A DNA stretch of 64,000 bases. It comes from an uncultured Anaerolineales bacterium (GTDB lineage: Bacteria > Chloroflexota > Anaerolineae > B4-G1). The stretch is taken from assembly GCA_964530325.1 (NCBI GenBank), contig CAZHAX010000003.1:11409-75408 (forward strand), read 5' to 3'. A program made the translations under genes and the position numbers. Under the pieces are notes generated by a model. It saw only the letters and a list, made by a program, of their open reading frames with translations, was not told the origin of the DNA and searched no databases. Shown in pieces: positions 11,703 through 22,452 of this stretch (its first letter is position 1; every line of letters begins with the position of its first letter).

Positions 11703-12787
11703 ATCTTCTTCTCCGTGAGGACCTCACCGAGCAGCCCGGTGGGCCTGAAGATCAGAACCAGCACCAGGATGGAAAAGGCCACGACATCCTTCAGCTGATA
11801 GGGCAGACCAAGAGCCGCAGGGCCCAGGGCCTCGAGCATGCCCAGCGTAAGGCCGCCCAACATCGCACCGGGAACGTTCCCGATCCCACCCAGGACCGCG
11901 GCGGTGAAGGCCTTGATGCCGGGGATGAAGCCGACGTAGTGGTAGATGATCCCGATATGCAGCCCCCACATCACCCCCGCTGCGCCGGCTAGCGCCCCGC
12001 TGATGGCGAAGGCCCGGGCGATGACCTGGTTGACGTCGATGCCCATGAGAGCGGCCGTCTCCTTGTCCTCCGCGACGGCCCGCATCGCCTTGCCCATCTT
12101 GGTGCGCTTGACCAGCAGGTACAGCCCGCCCATCAGCACGATCGACAGAACGAAGGTCAAAGCACCGGTGTAAGTGAGAAGCACCTCCTGGCCACCGACC
12201 ATCAGCGTCCACCCGGCGCTTCTCTGCATGATATCGGGATTCGCGTAGGCGTGGCGGGCGGTGCCGAAGACGAGTTGCGCTGCGTTCTCCAGGAATAGCG
12301 AGGCACCTATCGCGCTGATCAGAGGCACCAGTCGAGGCGCATTCCGCAGCGGCCGATAGGCGAGGCGCTCAAGCAGGACCGCCGCCACCAGGCCGATGCC
12401 CATGCCAACCAGGAAGGCGATCACTATCGACGCGAGCGACCAGCCGACACTCCGATTGAGGAGTCCGCTGCCGTCCAGCGCCTCGAGTGTGAAGTAGCCG
12501 GCGAAGGCACCGAGCATCATCACGTCGCCGTGGGCGAAGTTGATCATGAAGAGGATGCCGTAGACAAGCGTATAGCCCAGGGCCACCACCGCATAGACGC
12601 CGCCCAGGATCAGCCCGGAGATGGCAAAGCGGGCCCACGTCTCGGGCCCGTAGGCGCCCTCCACGTACACCACACCCCACAGACGCCAGGCGACAAAGGC
12701 GACGACGACCACGCCGATGATGGGGCGAACCAGGCGGGCCGGGCTGAAGGAGCGCTTGGGTCGCGACTGCGTGGGATTGTCGGACAC
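11699..12787 (-). CDS. livH: Branched-chain amino acid ABC transporter permease (LivH-type)
   Basis: Polytopic permease with LivH-like sequence. Its stop overlaps the livM start. Confidence 0.85.
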   Translation of the reverse strand: MSDNPTQSRPKRSFSPARLVRPIIGVVVVAFVAWRLWGVVYVEGAYGPETWARFAISGLILGGVYAVVALGYTLVYGILFMINFAHGDVMMLGAFAGYFTLEALDGSGLLNRSVGWSLASIVIAFLVGMGIGLVAAVLLERLAYRPLRNAPRLVPLISAIGASLFLENAAQLVFGTARHAYANPDIMQRSAGWTLMVGGQEVLLTYTGALTFVLSIVLMGGLYLLVKRTKMGKAMRAVAEDKETAALMGIDVNQVIARAFAISGALAGAAGVMWGLHIGIIYHYVGFIPGIKAFTAAVLGGIGNVPGAMLGGLTLGMLEALGPAALGLPYQLKDVVAFSILVLVLIFRPTGLLGEVLTEKKM

Positions 12788-12927
12788 CAGATCACCTCAT
12801 TCAGACAGTAGAAAGCGGCTCCCGCCAGAGCCGCTCTCGACGTTGCGTGCGGCCTCTCGAGCAACCGGGCGATGGGGTGAGCCTGCAGGCCCACCCCATC
12901 GCTTGACTGCTACTTGTCAGCGTACGA

Positions 12928-14097
12928 CTACTGACCGGGTGCTACCACCCACTCGCCGTCTTCCACTACCATGAAGCGGATATCCGGCGGCCCGCACTCA
13001 CCGATGTCGTCGCAGCTCAACGTGCCGATGAGACCCGGGAAGTCCCTCGTAGCCCGGACCGCGTCAGCCAGCTCCCCGCGCGGGATGACCAGGTTGTCGC
13101 CGTCCATGTAGGCGACTTCCTGGATCGCCAGAAGAAGGATCCCCATAGCGTCGTGGCCGTGGGCGCTGTACGGGCTCAGCTTGCCCTGCTCCTCGCCGTA
13201 GGCGGCCAGGTAGTCGGCCTGGAACTGCGTGAAGGCGTCCGATTCGGGAATCGGCACGTTCGTCGAGTACGTGCCCTCGGCTGCATCTCCGGCCAGGTCG
13301 ATGTAGTTCGTGCCAAACGTGCCGTCGCAGCCGAAGAACGTGACTCCGTCCAGCCCGGCGGCCGCCATCTGTGATACCATCAGCGCAGCATCCGCGTCGT
13401 AGCCGCCCCAGTAGATCAGCTCAGGTCCCAGAGCGGCGATATTAGCCAGCGCGGCGCTGTAGTCCGCCTCGCCTGCCGTTGTGGCTTCGATGCCCAGCAC
13501 CTCTCCCCCGAGGTCCTCGAACGCCGCCGCCACGCCCTCGGCCAGACCCTGCCCGTAGGCGCCGCTGTCGTGCACGGTGACGATCCGCCTCACACCGAGC
13601 ACGTTGTACAGATAGGCAGCCGCCAGGACGGACTGATTCGCATCAGAGAAGGCGACGCGGTTGTAGACCCGCGTACCCATCTCGGTGAAGCTCGCCAGCG
13701 TCGTCGAAGGCGACATCATGGGGATGCCCGCCTCCTCGTAGATGGGCACGGCAGCCAGCGTCGACCCGGAGAAAGTATGGCCGGCCACTGCAACGACCTG
13801 AGGATCGGCCGCCAGCTTGTTCGCTACGGCAGCACCCTGTTCCTCCGAGCCCTGGGTATCCTCGATCAACAGCTCGAAATCGAAGCCGAGTACCGTTGGG
13901 TTCTCTGCTACCGCCAGCTCTGCGCCGCGCGATATGTCCGTACCGAACGCGGCATAGGGCCCCGTCATCGGCCCCACGTAGGCCACCTTGACGGTGTCGC
14001 CGGGCTTGAACACGGCGTCACTCCACGTGTCCGCGTCGCACCCCGGAGCAACCAGGAGCGTCACTACTGCCAGAAGCATCAACATCCGCCTGCGCAT
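12928..14097 (-). CDS. ABC transporter substrate-binding protein (Leu/Ile/Val-binding family), secreted
   Basis: Signal peptide 'MRRRMLMLLAVVTLLVAPGC', a periplasmic binding protein type-I fold, and first position in the liv operon. Confidence 0.8.
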   Translation of the reverse strand: MRRRMLMLLAVVTLLVAPGCDADTWSDAVFKPGDTVKVAYVGPMTGPYAAFGTDISRGAELAVAENPTVLGFDFELLIEDTQGSEEQGAAVANKLAADPQVVAVAGHTFSGSTLAAVPIYEEAGIPMMSPSTTLASFTEMGTRVYNRVAFSDANQSVLAAAYLYNVLGVRRIVTVHDSGAYGQGLAEGVAAAFEDLGGEVLGIEATTAGEADYSAALANIAALGPELIYWGGYDADAALMVSQMAAAGLDGVTFFGCDGTFGTNYIDLAGDAAEGTYSTNVPIPESDAFTQFQADYLAAYGEEQGKLSPYSAHGHDAMGILLLAIQEVAYMDGDNLVIPRGELADAVRATRDFPGLIGTLSCDDIGECGPPDIRFMVVEDGEWVVAPGQ

Positions 14098-14362
14098 CTG
14101 TCTCCTCCCTCGCTAACTTGTCTTGTAGGACACCATGATACGGTCAGCAAACCATTTCGTGCGCGAGATATCGTGGGATTGTGCATCAACACCTCCAGGC
14201 CAAGGATGGAATACGGGTCCAGGCGCCTCAGGGCGGCCCACAGCTATCACATTGGCGCTCACGTGCGGGGCTGGACACCCCCCGGATGTGCACCTCGGCC
14301 AGCCAGGCATGGCAAGCCGCTCAGGGCACATGATGAACATTATATCGGCTGTCCTGGTGCCT

Positions 14363-14397
14363 GTCAAATTTGACTTTGGCCCGCGCCAATGTATAAT
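14363..14397 (+). promoter_or_regulatory. Putative sigma70-type promoter (TTGACT-16-TATAAT) with a 12-bp palindrome GTCAAATTTGAC overlapping the -35
   Basis: TTGACT at 14370-14375 and TATAAT at 14392-14397, about 140 nt upstream of the ppdK GTG start. The palindrome at 14363-14374 may be an operator. Confidence 0.4.
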
Positions 14398-14539
14398 TGC
14401 GGTCTGGTAATCCGAACGCAAGCGGTGCGACTGAATCAACTGACCGGGCAGGCGGGTTCTCCCAGAGCCAACCCCTGCTCCGGTCTTTCTAGCGCCTGTC
14501 GATCACCACTTGGCAGCATCAAACAGGAGGAGATGAACA

Positions 14540-17296
14540 GTGGCCAAGAAATGGGTCTACCTCTCGAGCACGGCCGAGAAGGATCTGACCAAGACCCTGG
14601 GGCACAAGCCCGCACTGGACGAAGCCAAGGTCATTCTGGGCGGCAAGGGAGCAGGGCTAGCGACGATGACCGGCGCTGGCCTGCCTGTCCCGCCCGCCTT
14701 CACCATCACCACCGAGGCCTGCATCAAGTACATGAACTCGGGCGAGTTCCCAGAGGGCATGTGGGATCAGACCCTTGAGGCTCTCGGCGAGATCGAGAAG
14801 CAGACGGGCAAGAATTTCGGCGATCCCAAGAACCCCCTGCTCGTGTCCGTCCGCTCTGGCGCAAGGGTCTCGATGCCCGGCATGATGGACACCGTCCTGA
14901 ACCTGGGCCTCAACGACGAGACGCGTGTAGCGCTGGCCAAGCTATCCGGAGACGAGTGGTTCTCCTACGACGCCTACCGCCGCTTCATCACCATGTTCTC
15001 AGACATCGTGATGGACTACTCCCGCGAGCACTTCGAGGAGAAGCTGCAGGAGCTCAAGGACAAGGAGGGGGTCAAGCTAGATCCCGAGGTCAGCCTGGAG
15101 GGAATGAAGGGCCTGGTGGCCGAGTACAAGAGGATGTACAAGGACCACTTCGGCACTGGTTTTCCGACGGACCCGCTGGAACAGCTGCGCCTCTCCATCA
15201 AGGCCGTCTTCAATTCCTGGAGCGGCGCACGGGCCATAGCCTACCGTGAGCACGAGGGAATCCCGCACGATTGGGGCACGGCCGTCAACGTGCAGACGAT
15301 GGTCTTCGGCAATCTGGGAGAGAAGAGCGGCACCGGCGTCGCCTTCACCCGGGACCCCGCCACCGGCGAGACGGAGCTCTACGGCGAGTACCTGGAGAAC
15401 GCTCAAGGTGAGGACGTGGTCGCCGGCATCCGGACGCCGATGAAGATTGCCCAGCTGAACGAGGTGATGCCCGATATCTACAAGCAGTTCTCGGCGGTGG
15501 CGAAGCAGCTGGAGGACCACTACCGGGATATGCAGGATATGGAGTTCACCGTCGAGCAGGGCAAGCTGTGGATGCTTCAGACCCGCACCGGCAAGCGTAC
15601 CGCCGCAGCAGCCGTCAAGATCGCGGTCGACCTGGCCCAGGAGGGCACGATCTCCAAGGAGGAGGCGGTGCTGCGCGTCCGGCCCCACGAGGTCGATCAG
15701 CTCCTCCACCCCTTCTTCGATCCTCAGGAGAAGCAGAAGGCCGCTGAACGGGGCGATCTGATCGCCGAGGCCCTGAACGCCTCGCCTGGCGCCGCAACCG
15801 GCGGCGTCGTCTTCGACGCCGAGGAGGCAAGGAAGCTGGGCGGCGAGGGCAAGGCAGTTATCCTGGTCCGGCCGGAGACCGCACCAGACGACGTGCCCGG
15901 TATGCTCGCCTCCAAGGGTGTGCTCACGCAGCACGGCGGCATGACCTCCCACGCCGCCGTCGTAGCCAGAGGCAGCAACCTGCCGGGTGTCGTCGGCTGC
16001 GAATCGATCCGGGTCGACCTGCAGCGCAAGCAGTTCACGGTTCAGGCCACCGGCCGGGCCGTGAAGGAAGGCGATATCATCTCCATCGACGGGGGCGCTG
16101 GCGAGGTCTTCTGGGGCGCCATCCCCACCGTCGAGGTCGACTACGAGAAGCAGACAGATCTGGTGGAGCTCCTTGGCTGGGCGGACGAGTTCCGCACACT
16201 CGGCGTTCGCACAAATGCCGATCTGCCCCACGACGCCAGGCGTGCCCGTGAATTCGGCGCTGAAGGAATCGGCCTTTGCCGCACGGAGCACATGTTCTTC
16301 GACCCCCGCGCGCGCGACGCGGTCGTGCGCATGATCCTGGCGGAGACGGACGGGGAGCGCCAGGCGGCGCTGACAGAGATGCTGCCGATTCAGGAGAAGG
16401 ACTTCGAAGGCGTGTTCGAGGCGATGGACGGCCTTCCGGTTATCATGCGCCTCATCGACCCACCTATGCACGAGTTCCTGCCTCCACGCGAGGAGCTGAT
16501 CGAGGAGGTAGCTAAGCTCCGCTGCACCGATCCGAAGTCCAAGGAGCTCTCTGAAAAGGAGAAGATGCTCCAGGTCGTGAACTCCCTGTGGGAAGTCAAC
16601 CCCATGATGGGGCTCCGCGGCTGCAGAGCAGGCATCATGTACAAGGGTCTGACCGAGATGCAGACGCGGGCCTACTTCCAGGCCGCCTGCCGCTGTTCCA
16701 AGCGAGGCATCAAGGTCAAGGCCGAGGTGATGATCCCCCTCGTTTGTCACGTGAACGAATTGAGGCTCGAGCGCGAGAAGCTCGAGGCCGTAGCCAAGCA
16801 GGTCATGAAGGAAGAGGGCGTCGAGGTCGAGCACATGTTCGGCACGATGATCGAGGTCCCTCGCGCCGCCCTCACAGCGACTGAGATCGCCAAGCACGCC
16901 CAGTTCTTCTCGTTTGGCACGAACGACCTGACGCAGATGACCTTCGGCTTCAGCCGCGACGATGCCGAAGGCAAGTTCCTTCTGACCTACATCGAGGGCG
17001 TCGACACTGGCGAGACAGACCAGGAGGGTAACCCCATTCGCTTCCAGATCCTCGCCCAGAACCCGTTCCAGACCCTGGACCAGGAAGGCGTTGGCCGCTT
17101 GGTTCGGATGTGCACCCAGGAGGGTCGGGCCGCCAATCCGGACCTAGAGGTAGGCATCTGTGGCGAGCACGGAGGGGATCCCGCTTCGATCAAGTTCTGT
17201 CACGACGTGGGGTTGAACTACGTCAGTTGCTCGCCTTATCGCGTGCCGGTGGCCCGTATAGCAGCCGCCCAGGCCAAGCTACTCGAGAGCAAGTAG
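14540..17296 (+). CDS. ppdK: Pyruvate, phosphate dikinase
   Basis: GTG start preceded by an AGGAGGAG RBS. 'GGKGAGLATM', the catalytic His region 'GGMTSHAAVVARG', and the C-terminal PEP-utilising 'GICGEHGGDP'. Confidence 0.95.
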   Translation: MAKKWVYLSSTAEKDLTKTLGHKPALDEAKVILGGKGAGLATMTGAGLPVPPAFTITTEACIKYMNSGEFPEGMWDQTLEALGEIEKQTGKNFGDPKNPLLVSVRSGARVSMPGMMDTVLNLGLNDETRVALAKLSGDEWFSYDAYRRFITMFSDIVMDYSREHFEEKLQELKDKEGVKLDPEVSLEGMKGLVAEYKRMYKDHFGTGFPTDPLEQLRLSIKAVFNSWSGARAIAYREHEGIPHDWGTAVNVQTMVFGNLGEKSGTGVAFTRDPATGETELYGEYLENAQGEDVVAGIRTPMKIAQLNEVMPDIYKQFSAVAKQLEDHYRDMQDMEFTVEQGKLWMLQTRTGKRTAAAAVKIAVDLAQEGTISKEEAVLRVRPHEVDQLLHPFFDPQEKQKAAERGDLIAEALNASPGAATGGVVFDAEEARKLGGEGKAVILVRPETAPDDVPGMLASKGVLTQHGGMTSHAAVVARGSNLPGVVGCESIRVDLQRKQFTVQATGRAVKEGDIISIDGGAGEVFWGAIPTVEVDYEKQTDLVELLGWADEFRTLGVRTNADLPHDARRAREFGAEGIGLCRTEHMFFDPRARDAVVRMILAETDGERQAALTEMLPIQEKDFEGVFEAMDGLPVIMRLIDPPMHEFLPPREELIEEVAKLRCTDPKSKELSEKEKMLQVVNSLWEVNPMMGLRGCRAGIMYKGLTEMQTRAYFQAACRCSKRGIKVKAEVMIPLVCHVNELRLEREKLEAVAKQVMKEEGVEVEHMFGTMIEVPRAALTATEIAKHAQFFSFGTNDLTQMTFGFSRDDAEGKFLLTYIEGVDTGETDQEGNPIRFQILAQNPFQTLDQEGVGRLVRMCTQEGRAANPDLEVGICGEHGGDPASIKFCHDVGLNYVSCSPYRVPVARIAAAQAKLLESK

Positions 17297-17436
17297 CCAC
17301 AGACCGGCTAAACGAACCGCGGGGGGCGGCGTGATGCTGCCCCCCGCTTGTGCTTTATGCTCTATCTGGGGCGGCCTGGCTCTCCACCACTTGCCTGCCG
17401 TCCGCGGTCGAGTACAATACTCTGGGGTATTCTCGA

Positions 17437-19338
17437 ATGAGCGTTGTTGATGCGGTTAAGGACCGGCTGGACATCATCGAGGTGATTTCATCCTACGTCC
17501 CCCTACAGAAATCCGGCCGCAACTTCAAGGCCAATTGCCCCTTCCACTCCGAGAAGACGCCTTCCTTCGTGGTCTTCCCGGATAGCCAACGCTGGCACTG
17601 CTTCGGCGCGTGCAGCGAAGGTGGAGATGTGTTCACATTCGTGATGAAGCAGGAGGGCTGGGACTTCAGGACTGCGCTCGCGGAGCTCGCGGCGAGAGCC
17701 GGCGTTGAGCTGCAGCCGCGCACACCAGCCCGGGAGAGGGCGGAGCAGGAGGCCGATCGACTCCGCTCAGCCCTTCAGGCAGCCGCCGAGCTCTACCACA
17801 GCTTCCTGCTTACAGCAGCGGAGGCGCAGACAGCCCGGGAGTACGTGGCCAGGCGAGGCCTCAGCAGCGAGACCGTCGACCGGTTCATGCTCGGCTACAG
17901 CCCTCAGGGCTGGGATACGCTGCGCAATAGCCTGATCAGCAAAGGCTACACGGCAGACGAGCTGCTGCGCGCCGGCCTGCTCGTCGAGCGCGAGAGCCGC
18001 TCCGGTACGTATGACCGATTCCGAGACCGCCTGATGATTCCGATCCGGGATGGGCGGGGGCACGTCATAGCGTTCGGAGGTCGCACGCTCGACCCGGAAG
18101 GACTGCCCAAGTACATCAATTCGCCGCAGACAGCCCTCTTCGACAAGAGCACGGTGCTCTATGGCCTGGACGCGGCTCACCAGTCGATCCGCAGCGAGGA
18201 GCGGGCCATCATCGTCGAGGGCTACATGGATGTGATGCAGGCTCATCAGGCCGGCTTCACCAACGTAGTAGCCCAGATGGGCACGGCCCTCACCGAAGCC
18301 CAGCTGCGCCAGCTGCAACGGGGCGCTGACGTGCTGGTGCTGGCGCTGGATCCGGATGCAGCCGGCGTGCAGGCCACGCTGCGCGGGGTCGACTTGGCCC
18401 GAGAGACATTGAGTCAGGAGTGGGAACCGGTATTCGACCCCCAGGGTCTGCTGCGGCACGAAGCCCGCCTGGGAACGGAGATTCGCGTCCTGCAGTTGCC
18501 TCCTGGCCAGGACCCGGACGACCTGATCCGCGAGCAGCCGGAGCGCTGGGCAGAGCTCGTCGACCGGGCCCTGCCTGTAGTCGACTTCCACCTATCCATG
18601 CTTCTTGACGGCCTTGACCTGGAAGACACCAAGGCCAAGGCCCGGGCGGTCGATTCTCTACTCCCGTTGTTGCGGGCTGTGGCCAACCCTGTCGAGAGAG
18701 ATGACTACGTGCAGAAGACGGCCAGGGCCCTCAGATTGGACGTGCGCTCGCTGCAGCGCCAGGTGAGGCGCTCGCCTCAGGCTTCGCGACGCCGCGCAGA
18801 GGAGACTGCCACCGGTGATGCGGCTGTCGTCACACAGGGGCGTACGCAGTCGGACCTGGAGGAGTACTGCCTCTCCATCCTGCTTCGCAGGCCGGACGTT
18901 CTCGCCTCGGTGAACGATGCCCTGGCGGCGAGTCAGCTGGAGCGCCTGCGGGGGGAAGACTTCACCAGCCCAGGGCTGCGCGCCGTTTTCGAGATGTGGG
19001 AGGCACTCGTAGACTTCGGCCACGCCGGCCCAACCGAGGCCCTCCGGGCCCAGTTGCCGCCGGAGCTGCACGACTTGCTGGCAGAGCTATTGACCAAGGA
19101 CGTACCTGTACCTGCCGAAGAGCAGTTGGCACGTGATGTCACGCTCGCCCTGCTCCGTCTGAGAGAACGCAACCTGCGAAGGCTGGGCATGGAGCTGGGC
19201 TTCCTCACCGCAGAAGCCCAGGAACTCGGCGACCTGCGGGCGGACCAATACGTGGGCGCCCTGCGGGCCTATAGGAAGGCCCTGCTGAACACGCAGCAGG
19301 CGCTGGCAACAAGAAGAGCCTGGACAGGGCTCCGGTAG
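17437..19338 (+). CDS. dnaG: DNA primase
   Basis: CHC2 zinc finger 'CPFHSEKTPSFVV...WHCFGCS' and a TOPRIM region 'IIVEGYMDV'. Confidence 0.9.
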   Translation: MSVVDAVKDRLDIIEVISSYVPLQKSGRNFKANCPFHSEKTPSFVVFPDSQRWHCFGACSEGGDVFTFVMKQEGWDFRTALAELAARAGVELQPRTPARERAEQEADRLRSALQAAAELYHSFLLTAAEAQTAREYVARRGLSSETVDRFMLGYSPQGWDTLRNSLISKGYTADELLRAGLLVERESRSGTYDRFRDRLMIPIRDGRGHVIAFGGRTLDPEGLPKYINSPQTALFDKSTVLYGLDAAHQSIRSEERAIIVEGYMDVMQAHQAGFTNVVAQMGTALTEAQLRQLQRGADVLVLALDPDAAGVQATLRGVDLARETLSQEWEPVFDPQGLLRHEARLGTEIRVLQLPPGQDPDDLIREQPERWAELVDRALPVVDFHLSMLLDGLDLEDTKAKARAVDSLLPLLRAVANPVERDDYVQKTARALRLDVRSLQRQVRRSPQASRRRAEETATGDAAVVTQGRTQSDLEEYCLSILLRRPDVLASVNDALAASQLERLRGEDFTSPGLRAVFEMWEALVDFGHAGPTEALRAQLPPELHDLLAELLTKDVPVPAEEQLARDVTLALLRLRERNLRRLGMELGFLTAEAQELGDLRADQYVGALRAYRKALLNTQQALATRRAWTGLR

Positions 19339-19377
19339 CTGCAGAGCCAGAGCGGCCGCATCCTGAACGAAGGTAGT

Positions 19378-20997
19378 ATGAGCAAGCGCAAAGAAAGCCA
19401 GGTAGCGCCGGGCGAGGCTGAAGAGCCGGAGGCTGAAGACGTGGAGTTCGGCACCGGCGACGAGCCCCAGGAGCTGTTGGCTGACACGGAATCGCTGCTG
19501 AAGGCGGGCAAGCTCCCCGACAAGGAGCCACAGCGCGCCGCAGCCCTTGGCGAACTGGAGGAGCCATCCGCCGACGACCTGGAGGCGATCAAGGACCTGG
19601 CCGTCGCGGCCCGGCAGAGCCCTCCGAAGATCAGCGACGACCCCGTCCGCATGTACCTGCGGGAGATCGGGCGGGTCCCCTTGCTCGAACCGTACGAAGA
19701 GATATGGCTGGCCACGCAGCAGGAGGCAGCTGCGCACTTCCAGGCTGTGCGGACCCGCTTGAGAGAGGCGAGCAAGAAGAGACCGTCCAAGCAGGATCTG
19801 CTTGCGGCGCTCATTGATTCGTTCCGTGACACCTGGTCGAGTGCGATCAAGAGCAGCAAGACGCTCGGCCTGCCGAAGCCTGATCTCAGCGCGCTGGTAG
19901 ACGAAACACTGGCTATCCGAGACGTAACGCTTCCCAACAGGGAATCCTATCTCTACGGCTTCCTCGAGCAGCATGGTTGGTCCGAATCGGAGGACGGCGG
20001 GTGGGAGCAGCTCACCGGGCAGCTCTTCGACACCCTCATCCTGCTGTATCTATTGCCGGATCCTGCTCTGATCACGATCCGCCACGAATGGTCGGCGCGA
20101 CAGAGGCTGCCATCGAAGCAGAAGCTGGCAGCCAGCTCGTCGGCGCGAGGGGACACCGCGCTGTGGGCGTCGCTCGATGAGCAGGCAGCGGTGGCCAAAG
20201 CTACGCTGACACGAGCCAACCTCCGGCTAGTGGTGAACGTGGCCAAGCACTATCTGGGACGAGGCATCTCTTTCCTCGATCTGATCCAGGAGGGCAACAT
20301 AGGCCTCCTGCGGGCCACGCAGAAGTTCGATCATACCAAGGGATTCAAGTTCTCGACCTACGCCACGTGGTGGATTCGCCAGGCAATCAGCAGGGCCATC
20401 GCCGATCAGGCGCGCACGATACGTATCCCCGTGCACATGGTGGACACGATCAATCGGGTGGTCCGGGCACAGCGCCAGAAGGCCCAGGAGCTCGGGCGCG
20501 AGCCCAGGATGGAGGAACTGGTTCTGGAGCTGGATCTGCTAGAGCCTGAGCACAAGAACGCCATTCTGGCAGCGCGTGATGCCGGCGAGCCCCTGTCCCC
20601 CGGACTGGAACGCCGGCTGCGGCGCGCCGCGCTGAAGGTGCAGAGTATCATGCACGTCTCCCAGGAGCCGATGTCGCTGGAGATGCCCGTGGGCGCTGAG
20701 GAGAGCGGCATGCTCGGCGACCTGATCGAAGACGAGACGGTCCCCGGGCCAGCTGACGCTGCCTCCGACCAGCTGCTGAAGGAGCAGGTGCATGCCGTCC
20801 TGGATTCGCTCACCGAGCGCGAGCGGGCAGTTCTGGAGATGCGCTTCGGTCTCAAGGATGGGGAGAGCCACACGCTCGAGGAGGTCGGCAAGGCCTTCGG
20901 AGTGACGCGTGAGCGTGTGCGGCAGATCGAGTCGAAGGCTCTGCGCAAGCTGCGCCACCCCGGCCACCGGCGCAAACTGCGCGATTTCCTCGCTTAG
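19378..20997 (+). CDS. rpoD: RNA polymerase sigma factor RpoD (sigma-70)
   Basis: Region 1.2 '[11 protein letters not shown]', region 2 '[17 protein letters not shown]...[11 protein letters not shown]', and region 4 'LTEREREVL...[20 protein letters not shown]'. Confidence 0.9.
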   Translation: MSKRKESQVAPGEAEEPEAEDVEFGTGDEPQELLADTESLLKAGKLPDKEPQRAAALGELEEPSADDLEAIKDLAVAARQSPPKISDDPVRMYLREIGRVPLLEPYEEIWLATQQEAAAHFQAVRTRLREASKKRPSKQDLLAALIDSFRDTWSSAIKSSKTLGLPKPDLSALVDETLAIRDVTLPNRESYLYGFLEQHGWSESEDGGWEQLTGQLFDTLILLYLLPDPALITIRHEWSARQRLPSKQKLAASSSARGDTALWASLDEQAAVAKATLTRANLRLVVNVAKHYLGRGISFLDLIQEGNIGLLRATQKFDHTKGFKFSTYATWWIRQAISRAIADQARTIRIPVHMVDTINRVVRAQRQKAQELGREPRMEELVLELDLLEPEHKNAILAARDAGEPLSPGLERRLRRAALKVQSIMHVSQEPMSLEMPVGAEESGMLGDLIEDETVPGPADAASDQLLKEQVHAVLDSLTERERAVLEMRFGLKDGESHTLEEVGKAFGVTRERVRQIESKALRKLRHPGHRRKLRDFLA

Positions 20998-21000
20998 CAG

Positions 21001-21030
21001 TCCCCCGCGGGGGGGGCAGGCCCTGCCCTG
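21001..21030. terminator. GC-rich palindromes between the convergent rpoD and HAD genes (possible bidirectional terminator)
   Basis: CCCCCGCGGGGGGG followed by GGCAGGCCCTGCC. No U-tract. Confidence 0.3.
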
Positions 21031-21049
21031 CAACACCTGAGCCGTCAGC

Positions 21050-22309
21050 TCAAGGGCTGAGGGCTATTGCGTGACCGAGGAGTGCTTCCAGTTCAGCGAG
21101 CGACGCCTGCGGATCGAAGAAGTGAACTGTGTGGATTCCCAGCTGGCGGGCGGAGTCGATGTTGCGCTGGAGGTCATCGACCAGGATCGCCTCTCCCGGC
21201 TCGACATCCAGCTCCGAGAGCGCCAGCTGGAATATGGCAGGGTCCGGCTTCCGCAGGCCCACCCAGGCGGAGTTGACGTAGACATCGAACTCGCCTTCCA
21301 CGTCTAGACCGAATCGCTCGCGTATCGAATCCGCCTGTCCCAGCCAGGCATTGGAGACGAGGGCAGCGCGGTACTGAGACCGCAGGGCCCTTACAGCGTC
21401 GATCAACTCCATGCGTAGTCGATGGGTGCCGTAGAGCTCCTCCTTGATCCTGGCCAGATCAGCCGTACCGGAGATTCCCGCCACCCGCGTCACCTGCTCG
21501 TCGTATTCCTGCTCGCTTATCGCTCCCACGGACAGCTGGCGCCACGGGCTGCCCCACAGAGCCTCCGCCAGCAGCCCGGACTGGAGCCCAAGTCGCTCCT
21601 CGACCTCAGCAATCAACTCTTCCTCCGGCAGACCCTCGATCACCCCACCCCAGTCGAACATCACCGCCCGAACCACCGGCACCGCCTGGACAATCCGCTC
21701 GGGCAGCCGCATGCCCATCTCTCGCAGCGACCTTCGAAGCGGCGCCAGGCCCCTGAAACGCACCGCGCCGATACCCAGATCCTGTGCGGCCCTGACGTTC
21801 TCCCGCAGGTCGTCGACGAAGACGGCTTGCTCCGGGCGGACTCCCAGCCTATTCAGGGTCAGCTCGTAGATCGCACGGTCCGGCTTCATCACCCCTTCGC
21901 AGGCGGAAACGACCACCACGTCGAAGAGGTCGCTGATGCCCGATTCATGGAAGAACTCGATGAGACTCGCAGGGCCGTTACTGAGGAGGGCTGTGCGCCG
22001 CTCGCCGTGGCGCAGGTACTTGATCAGCTCCACCAGCTCGCCATCCAGGCGGTCGCCCGACCAGAACTGGCGACTGAACTCGTCTGGATCCTGAAGCCCG
22101 AGCCGGCGACCGACGTCCGCCCAGAACTGGGCGCTGGTGATCCGACCCAGCTGAGCTTCGTCCCACAGCGGGTTCCCGAAGACGATCTCCTCGGCTCCCC
22201 CCTGTCCCAGCCCGAACCGCGCTTCCAGTTCGGCGCGCGGAATGGGATTCGCGGTGCGCATCAGCACGCCGCCGAAATCGAAGATCACCGCCTCCCAGTC
22301 GTTGGACAT
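21050..22309 (-). CDS. Tandem-fused HAD-superfamily hydrolase (two HAD-IA-like domains)
   Basis: Two copies of motif I ('VIFDFGGVL', 'VMFDWGGVI'), each followed by motifs II-IV ('VDD', 'D..G'). Confidence 0.7.
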   Translation of the reverse strand: MSNDWEAVIFDFGGVLMRTANPIPRAELEARFGLGQGGAEEIVFGNPLWDEAQLGRITSAQFWADVGRRLGLQDPDEFSRQFWSGDRLDGELVELIKYLRHGERRTALLSNGPASLIEFFHESGISDLFDVVVVSACEGVMKPDRAIYELTLNRLGVRPEQAVFVDDLRENVRAAQDLGIGAVRFRGLAPLRRSLREMGMRLPERIVQAVPVVRAVMFDWGGVIEGLPEEELIAEVEERLGLQSGLLAEALWGSPWRQLSVGAISEQEYDEQVTRVAGISGTADLARIKEELYGTHRLRMELIDAVRALRSQYRAALVSNAWLGQADSIRERFGLDVEGEFDVYVNSAWVGLRKPDPAIFQLALSELDVEPGEAILVDDLQRNIDSARQLGIHTVHFFDPQASLAELEALLGHAIALSP

Positions 22310-22452
22310 TCTTCTGCTCTACGATCGCTCCGCAGTGGAGGCTGGCCAGCGCATTCCGCGGGCCGACCGCAGGATTGTAGTCGACCGTGCTCGTTTGTCA
22401 ACCTGCACGGAATGCCTATAATGTCTACAACCGTGCAGCGCACAGGGACAGC

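Noticed and set aside
15077-16897. 606-aa ORF antisense to ppdK, and similar long antisense ORFs (342-1226, 17767-18591, 19087-19974, 21422-22507, 24626-25777, 26703-28532, 36588-37532, 51974-52840, 59356-60264)
   Set aside because: High-GC genomes generate long stop-free antisense frames. Every one of these lies entirely inside a strongly supported gene on the other strand, and their products are low-complexity Arg/Ala/Gly-rich with no motifs.
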